Shown here: one piece after another, positions 26,896-40,300 of the stretch
How the letters are laid out: the number at the start of each line of letters is the position of its first letter
Position numbering within the stretch: the stretch's first letter is position 1
Assembly (NCBI GenBank): GCA_963924565.1
Contig: OZ004609.1
Coordinates: 24,304,001 to 24,368,000, forward strand
Source of the DNA: Ascidiella aspersa
Taxonomy: Eukaryota
Direction: 5' to 3'
Length of the DNA: 64,000 bases
Notes under the pieces: model-generated
Told to the model about the DNA's origin: nothing
Database searches by the model: none
Seen by the model: only the letters and a program-made list of their open reading frames with translations
Translations under genes and position numbers: made by a program

Positions 26896-28987
26896 TTTTC
26901 TTGATGTAGCACAAAAAGCTTGCTATACTTTTTAAAAACCTGCACAGAAACAAAATGTAGAAACAAAACAGTTTTATGAAAAAAAATCATATTTTAAGCT
27001 TTGGTTAATTAGGCCCATCTCATTTTAATACTGGTTGTTGACTTTTTCATACTATTTCAACGACTACAAACGGGTAGTACCTTTTGTCACACGTTTTTAA
27101 ATTTATTTTAAACAGCCGTAAAAGTTTTTTTTATACATTTGAGTAAATATCACGTATAGTTTTACGGCTATTTTTGCTGTCTAGTCGATTTCGTATTAAG
27201 TTACAATGCTATACCGGAGCATTGTTAGGTTCACCACGCTACCGAGGCCAACAATGGACGACCCCTACGAGGGCGTCTACTGTTTAACCAAAAAAATAAG
27301 CCCACTAAACCGAAACCATAAAAATTGAAAGGCTTAGTTCACTTTTGCAAAACAACATGCAAGCCATCTTAACCGGCCCGCAACTGGTCGTCGTACTTAT
27401 TCGATCCAGTTTTTGCAAAACAGACGGGATATTATATTAAAACCCATCGAAGGCAACTCCGATTTGCAAAATGCAACCTTTTACTGGCGTCTGTTTTAAC
27501 GCGAGCTCCACTCTCGCTACAAATCTACGTTCAACGCAACCCGGCCTGAACTCCGGTTCGCATATGTATTGTCCACCTCCAGTCTGTGGCGTTTCATGGT
27601 CTGTCGGAGTCGAATCAAGTCTACTGTTATGCATCGCCAGTAGCGCGATAATAAACACACGGTAGTGTTCAGTGGCAATCTAAGGCTATTCATCTTTATC
27701 CCACTCGTCTGGCGTTTGAATAAAGGCCCCAGTGTATTCCTGACAGACCAAATGTTAAACCGTAGGAAAAATGACGTTCGTTTTTTCAAATTTAAAAATC
27801 CTCCACAGTGCACACGAACGGCAGCATAGCTGTGTATTTGAATCGCTAAATCCTCAACAATGCGCACGGATGGTAGCACTTTAGGTGCAGTGTTTTTGAA
27901 TTACAAAATCTTCCGCGTTGCCGCAAATGGTAAAATAGCTGAAAGCAGTGAAATCAGGTTAAGCCATCGTTCACTGTGCCTCGAAATAACCAACGAAAAA
28001 TATAGTGATACCTAACACCATTTTGTGTGTGCACAAGGAAAAACAAGTTCACAGTGAAATACCATAACTTCACTGTGCACTTGCAAAGATTGTGATTTAG
28101 TTAAAACTGATATTCGTTTACAGGATGCTTGCCAAACCACCTCACGTCTGGCATATGCGTCAAGAAACGATTACAAACGTTTAGACGCCGGTCTGCTTGA
28201 CGCCAGCTCGTTATAATAATAATTAATTGCTACTTAAGATAGAGCGTAGTTTTCTATATCTACTGTATATATTGTAAGCAAAATGCTAACGTTTACAGTC
28301 ACAAGCAAAACACTGTATGCTATTTGCCTCTGCACGCTTTTGTTAAACGACAGTGTAACCTAATATTTTATTCGGCCTTTGTTCTAAAAAACTTGTGTTC
28401 ACATCCTCGATTCCCAGATTAATTGCTCTTTAAAGCTTATTAAACAAAAGCAAAATCCCAAAGTTGGTTGCACTGTTCATTTACAGGATTATTTTTCAAC
28501 TCAAATACATTTACATTGTACATTGAAAATGATTCAAAACATTTTAAAAAGAGAAATTTTATTGCCCACTCAAAAAAAAACGGTATAGGCCATGGTTTAG
28601 GTTCCGTTAAAATTTGTTGCACGTACTTGAACAAAGCGTTTATGGTACCGACATTTTCAAACCGTTTTGTCAGGTATCTTAATTCACATGAATAGTTGGT
28701 TTAACTTTTTGCGTATCATTAAACAACAGCTTAGCAAATGTCATGAATGCAATTTAAGTGCTAGTTACAGTGTTAACCCGAAACAACAGCATTAAGCATA
28801 ACAATTTTACAAATTATATCTTGCGCCAATACTGCATGCATGAATATTTTCAAGACAAAAAAATGCGAAACCATTTTGTTAATTACATGTCTATATAAAA
28901 GCATTTGTATCAAACATTGGCATTTCTGCTGTATTAAGCCTGTCATAAAAAAGCACAGATATACACAGGCATCTAAAAGCGTAAAGA

Positions 28988-31900
28988 CTATATTTCGACG
29001 TCTTTTGTTGCGTTGACGTTTCTTAGCTGCGGGGAGTCGAAGTCAGCAATCAGACGAATTTCACCTTGTCTAAAGGTGAATAAGGCTGTAGTCTTGGTCC
29101 TGTATGTTTCGCCCGGTGCTATTGGGCCACTTTATGAAAACAAAGCACGTTATGACTCGCATTCATGCACGTTAAAGTATACGCTTTATATTGTTTTACT
29201 GTTTTCATATTTTTCCTTTCGCGTATGAAACAGAACCCAACATTTGGTATTTTGTACTCCCAAGTTTTGATAAGGTAATCATTGAAACTACTTTCAGCCG
29301 CGGAGCCTTTAGGCTTTAGGCTACCGCCCTGAGTAACTTTTTAATCACCATTTGTAACCGTAAGTTCGACCTGAAACGTACAATCCAAACAAATCTTTTT
29401 TTTTATAACTTACGTAGCCAAAATCTTTTCAGCAAAAACTCCCGGTGAGTCTAAGTTGAATACTCCGCCGGTAAGGGCAACTGGCAAAGGATTGGTGATG
29501 GATAAAGAAATATCGTCAAGAGAGTAGTTATCACCGCCCTAAGAAGAAAGTGAAGGACAGTGGATCACAGCTTTTTATGGTTTGCTGTACTCAAGTGTAA
29601 TCAAGGTCATTACACGACTGTTTTACACACTTAAAAGTGTACGACGCAAACGATCAAACATGATTTATTTCCATAACCTACTTGTTTACAAAAGTTAAAA
29701 CTTTTAATAATTAATAAAATAAAAAAAAACTTAAATACAGTGAACCTTATGGTGCTGTATAAATATTCATCCGAGAAATCATACTTTTTTGTCGGTATAT
29801 ATTTAAATATAGAACAAGTCATACCATGAAAATTCACAGTAAAATTTTACGAGCTCTGTTTTGGAAATAATAGTTTACGGTAATAATCTTTACCATTATT
29901 TGAAGACATTTAGGGCTTTCGATCTCTAGATCATAGCTTTCCACAAAGAGGTCGGTGCTGTCGTTAATTCGGACTGTTGTGATGACCGACACAATATTTT
30001 CGTCAACCAGCAAACTCCCATATTCACCATATAACATCTCCAGAGTTTGTTGGTCCTCTGTAATTTTAGAGATGTGTCTTACGTTACTGAGGTTTTACAA
30101 ATACACAAACCGTTGTGCATAGAAGTAATATACTGCAAATTTGTTCAATCACGATGCTTTGGAAGTAAGATTTTTTATATATGTGGCACAGGTAAACTTA
30201 AATTATTTTGACTTACTCGTTTGACTTGGAATCATTGCCTCCTTTTTAACTTGTTTGATAAATCCACTTCTTTTTCCGGTGTTAAGAACGCTATACATGA
30301 CCGTGGTGATCTGGACTGTGACATCTTTTCCTAGGTCGTTTTTCACCTAGTAACCAAACTGGCTTTTTAATTCATATTGTTTTTAATTGGGTACTGAGGC
30401 TTGGGCAAAACGAAGTGAAAAAAAAACACAAAAAATAAGCAAAAATTTGAAAAAATTTAAGGATAAAATACTACAAAGGAGCCAAAATAAAAGCGGGTAA
30501 CCAACTTCAACTTGCAGCTTCACGTCATGGCCGGTAATAGCTTCTCCCACGGGTTTGATGTCGATCAGAATTCCGGTCTCCTCCTGGGCCATAAAGTCCT
30601 CATGCCACTCTTTCTTCACGCCGTGAGAGAATGCTCGTTCGAACGCTTCACGTTCCTCTGGCGTTCCTGTCATATAGGATTTGCAAACATATATTTTGTC
30701 GCGGAGTTCGTTGGAAACTCACTTTAGGGGCCGCTGCGACGAGTTATGCACCATAGCGACCTTTTTAGATTATCTAACAAAAAAAAATATTTTCAGTAAA
30801 AACCACACATTGGCTGTATATTCGTTGCTCGTTTTCTCTAGACTTTGTTGTAAAAAAATATTTAAAAGAACTGCAATAAATGCGTTTTCCGATAAATATC
30901 CACTTTGTAACTACTTTGATGGCTAAAATAAAGCGAATCTGTAGATTTATATATGCACGCCTTTTTAGACAGTTTACCTTCTGCAAACTTGTAATGATCA
31001 GTCACGTCGTTTCTTTCTTGGGAACCGACTGCCTTTGTGCTGATTTTACGACCCACGTGGCGTGGAACCCGCTTTATCATCCCGGTAACATCACCGGCTT
31101 TATCGACTCTCCAGTATACTACGTCAGCGTTCACCTTAAATGGCACAATGTATAATGCAAAATGACTTTTAAATTGGTATAACTAGTTGGTAACAGAAAA
31201 AAATCCGTTCGCTGTTTAGTGATTCCTACCTCGCTAAAAATGAACTCGGTATCTTTTCCGATATACACCTCCCCTTTCTTTATCGCTTTGATCGGACATG
31301 GACCGCATTGCATGACACCTTCACTCTCTTCTTGTGGCGTAGCATCCACTGCTTGCCATCCGTCATACCCTACCCCGATACACATACTTGCTTAAGATTT
31401 TACAGAAATGGTCTGTATATTTGGATTTATTGTTGGCTGCTGAGCGACGACGAAAGAGTTGTTTTTAGGTACATTCGTCCTTCTATGCGTATAGGCCAGG
31501 GGTCGGCAACCCCTGGCACGCGTACCACTTGTGGCACGCCAATTAATTTAACGCTCACGTTATATTACCTTAAGAAAGTGCAACCATTACATCACTAACA
31601 CTAGCTCTAACTAAATGGTTGCACACATTGCCAGTTCGTGTCACAAATAAGTGTCTGAACTGTGTTGTATTTAATATTATTTTTTGTGGGCGTACTTGTT
31701 GTTTACCAACCGTTCGTATTACGTCACAATGCCCCAAATTTGGCGTAACGTTTAATACGTTAAAGCAGGGCATTCTAAATCAGTTGTTCTCAACCGCCGG
31801 TCCGCGTCAACTTTTTAGAACTTAGCCAGTTCCATAATTTGCAACATTGTGATGTAACATAGAGTTAACGGTCTACTTTGGACTTCATCTTACGTCACAA

Positions 31901-34900
31901 TGCTGCAAGCGTGTGCCCAACTATTTAAAAGTAGGCTACAACTCATTTAAATCCTAAACTTTAAGGTTGAGAACCACTGTTCTACATTAAAAGTAAGCAC
32001 GTGTGTTTTTGTGTGACTGAGAAACCAACAAAAAGCGAAACTGATAGTTAACACTTCTAGGTATCGCCTTAAAAGCATCGAAGTACATTTCAAAAAAAAA
32101 AAAAGGAAACATAGAAAAATGTTTGGCACGTGAGTTGTTATAATTTTGATATTATTCATAAACTGGCACACTGCGTACGAAAGGTTGCCCACCCCTGGTA
32201 TAGGCCATGAGTCTAGAATTTAGATCGACGTTGCAAATGCTGTACGTTCAGATAATAATTCTGTTTTAAATCGGCTGTTTTTTCAAATAGCTTATGCGGC
32301 GTTTAGTATAGGCGATCGACAATCTCGAGATTAACCTGTAAACTGTTATGCGAGGTGGAATGAATAAAGCACTTACCAGGCACTAGATCGGGCCTTGCGA
32401 ACCACGTCTCGTTCCACACGTGGAAGTTCCAAATCGAGTCGTTGATGTCCGGCTCATCGTGGGTGTTGCCATCCTCGTCCATAAATTTATCGATGGTCAA
32501 TGTAAAGTCGGTGTCGTGGGCCGAGCTGAAATTGGTTACCGGGCGCGCTGGTATGCCGATCGCTCGAAGCACTTTACACAGCAACACATAGTTTAATAGT
32601 TTCAAACAACTCAAAAATAGACTTTGAAATTCCCACTAACCCCGCTTAGTTACGTAGAAGAGAGAGCCTCGTCACACGTTGGTCGAAAGTAGCCTACTTT
32701 CTCGTTTATCAAATTTAGTGTTACCTGGAGTGGGGCAATTTGCCGATCGTTAGTAAAGAAGTTTATTTTTTTATTATTTAAAACAAAACTATACGCATTA
32801 CCAAAAATATCTACAGCTATTGTAACATTACGGTACATTTATACCAGTTGTCATAACTCCTGCGAACACCCAGCATTGTCCATACTGGACAGATTTTTTC
32901 TCCTTGTTCCATTGGTTCAGGATTGTTTCACTGCTCTTCCAAACCGACGGGGATATTCCGTCTGAGTACTTTCCGTCCCAACGTCCATCCAAAACGCCAT
33001 TATTATTTTGGCTGTTAATCTGTCAACATTTAGTTAATATTACACCGAATTGTTGTATCGTAGGATATTTTTCATTCGAAACACGAACACACATTACCCT
33101 TGTACTGGCCAGCACTTGATTTGTGAACCTGCTTTTAGGTGTGTTTCTCAGTAAAAATAACATTGAATTAAAATGATAACAACAGGCTTTTTGATAAGCC
33201 CTTTCAGTCAAATTAAATGTAATGACAAAGTATGGCCTTAGCCGGAAGGGCTTTACCGACCTATTACTTTAGCCTTAATGACATTACAGCACATCTGTAT
33301 AGCTGCTGTGTGAGTACACACGTGACTTCTAACTGTATTGCATTGTCTTGCAGATAACACATTAAAAAACATGATAGATTAAATGCAGAATTATAAAGTT
33401 AGTTATGTTTTTTATTTGCCGCAAAGTGTATGAGATTTTCTATTCCTTCTTTCCATTTCCCAATCATAATACGCAAACGCCTAAAACACAGAATTTTCCA
33501 ATCATATTGCACCAAATTGGGAATAGCCTATTCCTTTTTTAGTTTGAAATTATGTCCAAAACATCTTATGACTGATAATTTTGGGTAGTTTGCATGAATT
33601 GAGATGCAAATTAACAGTGAGATATGCAATACTGCTTGTTTCTAAAAGTGAACTCACCATGGCCGACAACACACGACTGCAATACACCGGCGACGAGCGC
33701 TTCTTCAAGCTTTTAATTTTGTTTGCCGTTGGGTTTTCTCTCAGCAGCTTTAGAGCGATACCGAGGATGCCCTCTTCGAATTGAGCGTAAATCCACTCTC
33801 GCGAGCTAATCTTCCTGTAAGATCCTCTATAGAGCAGTCCGCGGTCATTGAGAACGTACTCATCGGTTTCATCGTTGTTTTCCATATAGCATACATCACC
33901 TCAAACAAGAAAGCTTTTTTATTCTAGGAGGCTTGGTTTCACATTGCAAGCAATGTGGTTAATGCGTTGCTACTTGATGGTTCTAACATGTATGTTTGGG
34001 TTGCTGCTCTCACCTGGACTGAATGGGTTGAAAATGACGATGACAGACTTTGAGTCGATTTTTGCCTTCTCCGCTCCACCCTCTGTTTCACTTTCGACTA
34101 ATACGGAAAGATCGTACTTGCCAATGATCGCGTTCGAAGGGATGTTGACAAGCAAGCTCACCTTAAAGTATATGGTCAACATGTGAAGCACAAGCAACCA
34201 CAAACCCAGTCGGGGGCATAAAATAAATGGGTAAGAACAGAAAAATGTAATTAAATATGGTTTTAAAACTAATAATCAATATACACACTACTGGCTTTAA
34301 ATCAGTTTCATTTACCCCGAATCATTTTATCTATGAAAAAAGGCGCTATGTCGATTACTTTTTTGTTCGCGTCATCTTGTTCAGCGATACTTGCCGACCA
34401 TTTGCTTGCTTTCAATTCCGCCACTGGAACTTTGATCTTTGTGCCATTGGCAAATGTCGGGTCCGGGCCTATTGATAAAACATGCTATTTGAAGATTACT
34501 TAAAGTGAAGATTTAAATATTCCCCCAGCAAAGGATTTATACAATACTCTAGTCATAAATGAATGGAGTTTAACTACTGGCCAAAGGTTTATCTTATAAT
34601 ATAAATACTAAATAAGAAAAAACTAAAGCAATTTTTTTAGATTTCTAATAATATTTCCAGCTAATTTCATCCAACATTTTTATTTTCGTTATATTGAAAA
34701 ATTATTTAGCATGTATCAGACTCGTTTCTACTTACCAATCGAAAGCTCAAAAGTGATGTTGTCTTTTTTAGGAAGAAAGGCTCGATTATTGAAGTAGATG
34801 TCGATATTAAATGTATCCGATCGTCGCAAGACTAAGTTAGTGTTGATATACTTGTCGGTATGGTGACGTTTCGTATTCTTTTCCTTTAAAAAGTCCAGTT

Positions 34901-36197
34901 TTCTAACTTTCAACAGTTCACCTAAAATAATAATCGGATTTTGACATAGTTGTATTAAGCATTTCTACTTATAGTTTCGAAATAAGTCTATTAAACTACA
35001 ATAATAAGTAAAGGAAAACAAATCTATATAATTATTTTTATCAGACTGTTCTGTCGATGAATAACCTTCCTTTTAGTTGCACACTCAAAAATGAATAGAT
35101 AGCCTATGTGTGATTAAGTACACCATTGAGTCAAATAAAATAAACAAAAACAAACACTTTCGCATATTGTACGTTGTAGACATTTAAACAAGCGTGACAT
35201 TGCCTTTTTTGCTAGAAATTCCTTTTCTGCATTCTGACACATTAGATAAATGCCTTTTATGCATTTGTTTGATAAAAGTCAATATATGGCCTTTCCACAA
35301 TCAGGAATTCACAAACTGACACAGGAGGGTTTTCCAGTCAAATCCCGATTTTTGTTTGGGGTATAGTGTAGTGGGGAAGAGCATGTTTTTTAGCAGTGAC
35401 GTCAAAAAGTGACGTTATAAAACAAAAACAACCTTACAAACCTGGAACATAGGTCTAACTCGTGCAGAAATGTGCAACTGAAACATCGAGAACGTCTAAC
35501 AAGTTTGCGCGTAGCGGCTGAAAAAACGATTGCATTTCGTACATTGCCTGATATATACGCGACAGAACAAAGTTTTCGTGTTAGCCTATGGTTACACAGA
35601 AAACCTGTAAAAATTTTGAATAAGGCCGTTGTTCTCTCAAGGTTAAAAAAAAAAAAAAACGGAAATTATTGGCGCGCATAAAACGAATATATATCGACGC
35701 ATGGCAGTTTTTTTGGTAATTTTTTTCTTACAAAATGAAATAAAACCTGCGCATAATGATGATCGCTTTGTCGTTGAAGACCACTGTATTCAATCATTAC
35801 CGAACCTTTCTCCGGGCTGTGGAGCATAAGGCTCCATTTGCTGTTACTTATATACATTGGCACCAGTATAGGTTAAGTTAATACACTAATTTAATGACTT
35901 ACTTGGCACCTGCTCTTTAACATTTTCCAGCCATTCTTTTAGTGTCAATAAGTCAATGTTTTCCACAACATATTTATTGAGAAATTCCGGGTTCTGGTCA
36001 ATATAATTCTTCACAATACCGGGATTCTCTTCAAGGTATTCCGTCACCTCTGAAAACATGAAATTTATTACAAGAGGCGGTTTAATAGGTTGTATTGTCA
36101 ATAATATGTTATTTGCTATAGCACAATCAATATCTAATGTACCTTCTTTATTTTTTTTATTTCCATACTGGCTGTATCCCATCCTGACGTTGTACAT
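28988..36197 (-). CDS. Transglutaminase paralogue B, 15 coding exons, apparently intact
   Basis: First coding exon 36197 (or 36182)-36143 M(YNVRM)[12 protein letters not shown]; exon 2 36049-35903; exon 3 34921-34736. [10 protein letters not shown] (Cys codon 32873-32875), WNFHVWNE (~32410-32432) and DATPQE (~31330-31346) are present. The last exon reads GPIAPGETY...KDVEI* ending at 28988. Intron positions match TG-A. Confidence 0.92.
31497..32197. mobile_element. hAT (Buster-type) MITE in a TG-B intron, carrying a nested MITE
   Basis: TIR CAGGGGTCGGCAACC / GGTTGCCCACCCCTG, with TSD GTATAGGC at 31489-31496 and 32198-32205. Confidence 0.9.
31781..31979. mobile_element. Nested hAT MITE
   Basis: TIR CAGTTGTTCTCAACC / GGTTGAGAACCACTG, with TSD TTCTAAAT / TTCTACAT. 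Confidence 0.8.
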
Positions 36198-37391
36198 TTT
36201 CGTTAATCTGCAGCTGGTTACGAAAGTAAATATTTTTCTGTATATTATCACAAATAGAGAAATAATAAGATCAAAAAAAAATATATATAATATACTTATA
36301 TATACATACCAAAGGTCCACCATGGTTATAGTACCGTTATACAATAATAAGAGGCTAACTTTCTCTATTATGTTTTATATAACTAGCAGACTGGCTACAA
36401 AAGTGCGATACAAATTATTTGCTATTTTGGTTTAACGTTTTATCACGTAACGTATCCCTGACTTTTTCCTACTAAATAGCTGTGCTTATTATTTGCCCGG
36501 GGCCTCCATTTGTTGAATTGCCTTTAACCCTACTCAGTTGGCGTTCACCACGTCTAGCGTCACGCATCGCCAGTCTCGTGAAAATGGTTGTTCGCACGAA
36601 CGGACTTTTTCATTGGCGCTCGCCTCGTGTAAAATATAGAAAATTTCCATTGTGTTGTATTGGTATACTGCACGTCGTGAATAAAGGTTTTTTAAGGTAG
36701 CTAACCTACTGGTTTACGAGTGTCTTAAATACATCAGCGCCCACTGCCTGTTCAGTCATCTCAAAAACCTCTCGCGATTCAAATTCTACAAATTGTTTTT
36801 ACCGCTTCATTTGTTTACATTACTTATGGTCATATTTCAGTCTTTTTTGCATTTTAAAAGAACTACGATTTACTTGTGTAACACGGGTTGAGAAACTTGT
36901 ATCAAAAGGTTTACCAATAATAACGCTCGTAGGAATAACCTTTTGGCCTAAAGCGGCATTCTACAGTAACCAATACTCTGACAATAAACCAGTAGGCCTA
37001 CATTCAACACAAAAATGCATTATCGTATGATGTGCTTCATTTATTGTTATGTATAGTTAAGCGTTTGGTGTAATATACAAAATGCACACGTTAATACGCT
37101 TAAATTATTAAGGTTTGTTAGCCAGGTATTGGACAAAACACAACGATATTTGTACACGAAGTTTGATTTACTGAATCACATTAAGGTACAAAGCCTGATC
37201 TACCTAATTACAGTTACATGAAGGTTAACGAAAGTACAATTTTAGGGTAAATGTACAATTTCTGTGGTGCAATCTGTAGCTGTCAAACTTTATGCATTTA
37301 AATTCGAAAAAGTCAGGAAGGAACTGTATTGCAAACTTTAAAACGAAATATTATTACAAATACTGCATAGTTTGTGTCGGAAGTCGTGCGT

Positions 37392-40300
37392 TTACTCTAC
37401 GTTAACGGACTTGTATGCCTTTATGTTCAAGATTTCCTTGGAGTCGAAATCCGCGGATAAGTAGGTGCGTCCGCTGCGATAAGGACGAACTTCGACAGGC
37501 TTGCTCTTGTAAGTTTCGCCAGCAGCAATCGGACCGCTGGAAGAACATTAGCAAACGTTACAAACGACAGACATGCGCGTAACCTTTCTGTAATTAAGTA
37601 CACTCACACGAATCTATAGTGTAACTTAAAGCAGCGAGGCCATAAACTTCGAGTAATCGATACTATCTTTACAAATACGTTTCGATACGCACTTGTATCA
37701 TCGTCTGTAATAGACCTTTGTAATCTGCTTGCTTATTTCTGTGTATTTGTAGTTTAACAAAAATAAGACTAAGACTGCGAGCATATCTCGGTAGCAATCG
37801 AACACGTTGTATATAACTACACATGATGTTAAAAGCATTTCCAGACGACTTTACTCTTTAGCGCCACAAAGTGTCCACAAGTTTCATTTACTTCGTGTTT
37901 CGTTCGACTCACCGAGCAAGAAATGAGTGGTTCACGAAGCAAAACTTTTACTTACGCTTCAACGCTGACCCCGTTGCTGACTCCGAGTCCTTCCACGTAG
38001 AAAACTCCAGCAGTTAAGGCGATCGGCAATGGATTGGTGATAGTAAAAGTTATCGTGTTGTACTCACGGCGCCTCAGGGTGTCATCGCACTGCAATCAAA
38101 CGTATAACACTTTATCAAGGTTCAGGCTTTGCGTTGTTTCAACATTTATATGTATATATCGTAATATTGGGAGACGACGCAAAATTGCACAGTCTCAAAA
38201 CCTGCATGTTAGGCACCATCGCTAGCTTTTTATATTTATCGTGCATTGGCATAGATTGTAGAGTTTTAGCAAGAAAGCAGCCTGTAGCAGTGTAGCAGTC
38301 ACACAAAAAATCTGCTTAAAAACCATTTACTACGACTGCTTTATCACCAAGGCTGTTTATCTTTTTCAGATTTCATTAGCACAGATTTTTAGGTCGCCCC
38401 AAAAGTAGCGACGGCTTTGTGATTCGATTTACAACTTTGTGCTCAATAAATACTTTCAAACATAATAAAGAAAAAGAGAGCAAACAAGTAGTTTAAACTC
38501 CAACGTTAGTGTGCCACTTGACGAGACCTGTCGCTCCATTAAGTTATCGTCATTAACATGTGCCTATGTGCGGCTCCGTGTAGGAATACAGCCGGGCACA
38601 TGAAAACTTCCCAAAAAAGGAAAAACATCATAAATTTCAAGTGATTTGAATTTATTTCCTACCTCAATAGTTAGGCATTTTGGATTGTCCAGTTGGAAGT
38701 CATAGTTATCCACGTACAGTTTGTTGGTCTCCTTCACACGGACAGTCGTCACAACTCTTATCACGTTTTCGTCAGCGAGCTGAGTTCCGTAGTCGCTAAA
38801 TGCGAGGACAATTGTCTGTTCGTTCTCTGAAAAAGAAGCTACCGATTACTAATTGCACAAACGTTGACCAGGGATATCGGATCTATTAAAAAGCAATGAC
38901 ATTTCTTGACCTATATTTTTCGTTTTTTAAACGACAATATTTTCCAATTTGACCTTCATTATAAATCTAAATAAGTTTTATAAAGTTATAGCACTTCGAC
39001 TATATCAAAAAAATTCCAGGTTCATCACTGATCAGCTCCTATTTCGTTTTGTAAGTCAAGAGATTTTGGGGAAACTTTAACAGCGTGATGGCATTTATAT
39101 AAGATGTCCTGCAGTGTAAATAAAAGTCGCTAAATACAGTGTATAATTGGAAAGAAGCCGGGTGATATTCTTTTCTGCCAATTGACAAGGTGTGCCTCTT
39201 TGCAATTAACAAGGTAAAAAATGTGACACTTGGTCTATGATTGGTTGGCCACCCCTGGACATAAAAAGTATAAATATATATAATTGTTTTTCCTCTAATA
39301 AGATAAATGCTAGGTTAAGCAAAGACTATCCTAAAAACAAGGCCAAGCCAAAGCATTACCGAGCTTATACATTAGAAAAAGTATGTTTGACAATAATTTT
39401 TACCGCTCTCGGCGGCCAACATAACATCCTTCTTCACGCGTTTTACGAGCGCCTTCCTTTCGTCGTTGTTCAGCATCGTCTGCAACACTGTGGTCACGAG
39501 CAGGTCTTTGGATTCCTTGGTCGTGTTTTTGACCTGAAATGCGAGTATGCGCAACGATCAGATGCCAAATCGGTGTGAAGGCAGCTTGTATTTCCTATTA
39601 AATTGTTTGTCACTTTGCTCAACACTGAAACCTGTTTACGGCGCCACTCTAATCATATGCGTATTGCGCAACGTTGAACTGCGTTTCATGTTACATACTA
39701 TAGTATAACCTGAGTATATTGCCATTTTTTTATTGAACAACCTTATTTTACCAAGTATGTAGTCTGATACTGGTATTGCATTAACTCCTAATTGAAATTT
39801 CCAGTTCTATGAAAAGAGGCTATTATTCAAATCAGACTGTATCCAGTGGTACAACAAGAATGTACTCCATCACTGGAATATCGCCGTGTCTTCTTAGAAT
39901 CCTGGGCGATACAACTCAATCTAGCACCATGAACGTTAAGCAAGATACATTTATTGCACCTTCCTATCAATTTTTGTGCAGTAGCGGCCAACAGAAGGCT
40001 GCAGCCGGTTATCACGTTTTCACGTTATTCACGCCTTGTTTCCTTTTTTTGCCTCGTTTTACCACCTTGTTTTTTTCGTCGTTTTTCTTCACTGTATATA
40101 TACCTCTGCAAGGTTACAATTTTATATGCCCTGATAAACATTACCTGGATAGGTTATCGAAACGTCGGTACAGAATAAATATTTGTCGGAAGAACCCTCT
40201 TTATAATCGCAGGAATCATATTTTAGTGTTATACACTTACCAGAATCATTGCGGTGACTGGCTTTCCGTTCATGGCCTCGTCCGTCCTTATGTCTATGGT

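Noticed and set aside
27400-27880. Cluster of short overlapping ORFs between TG-B and TG-A
   Set aside because: No coherent exon chain or domain. Probably regulatory or decayed repeat DNA.
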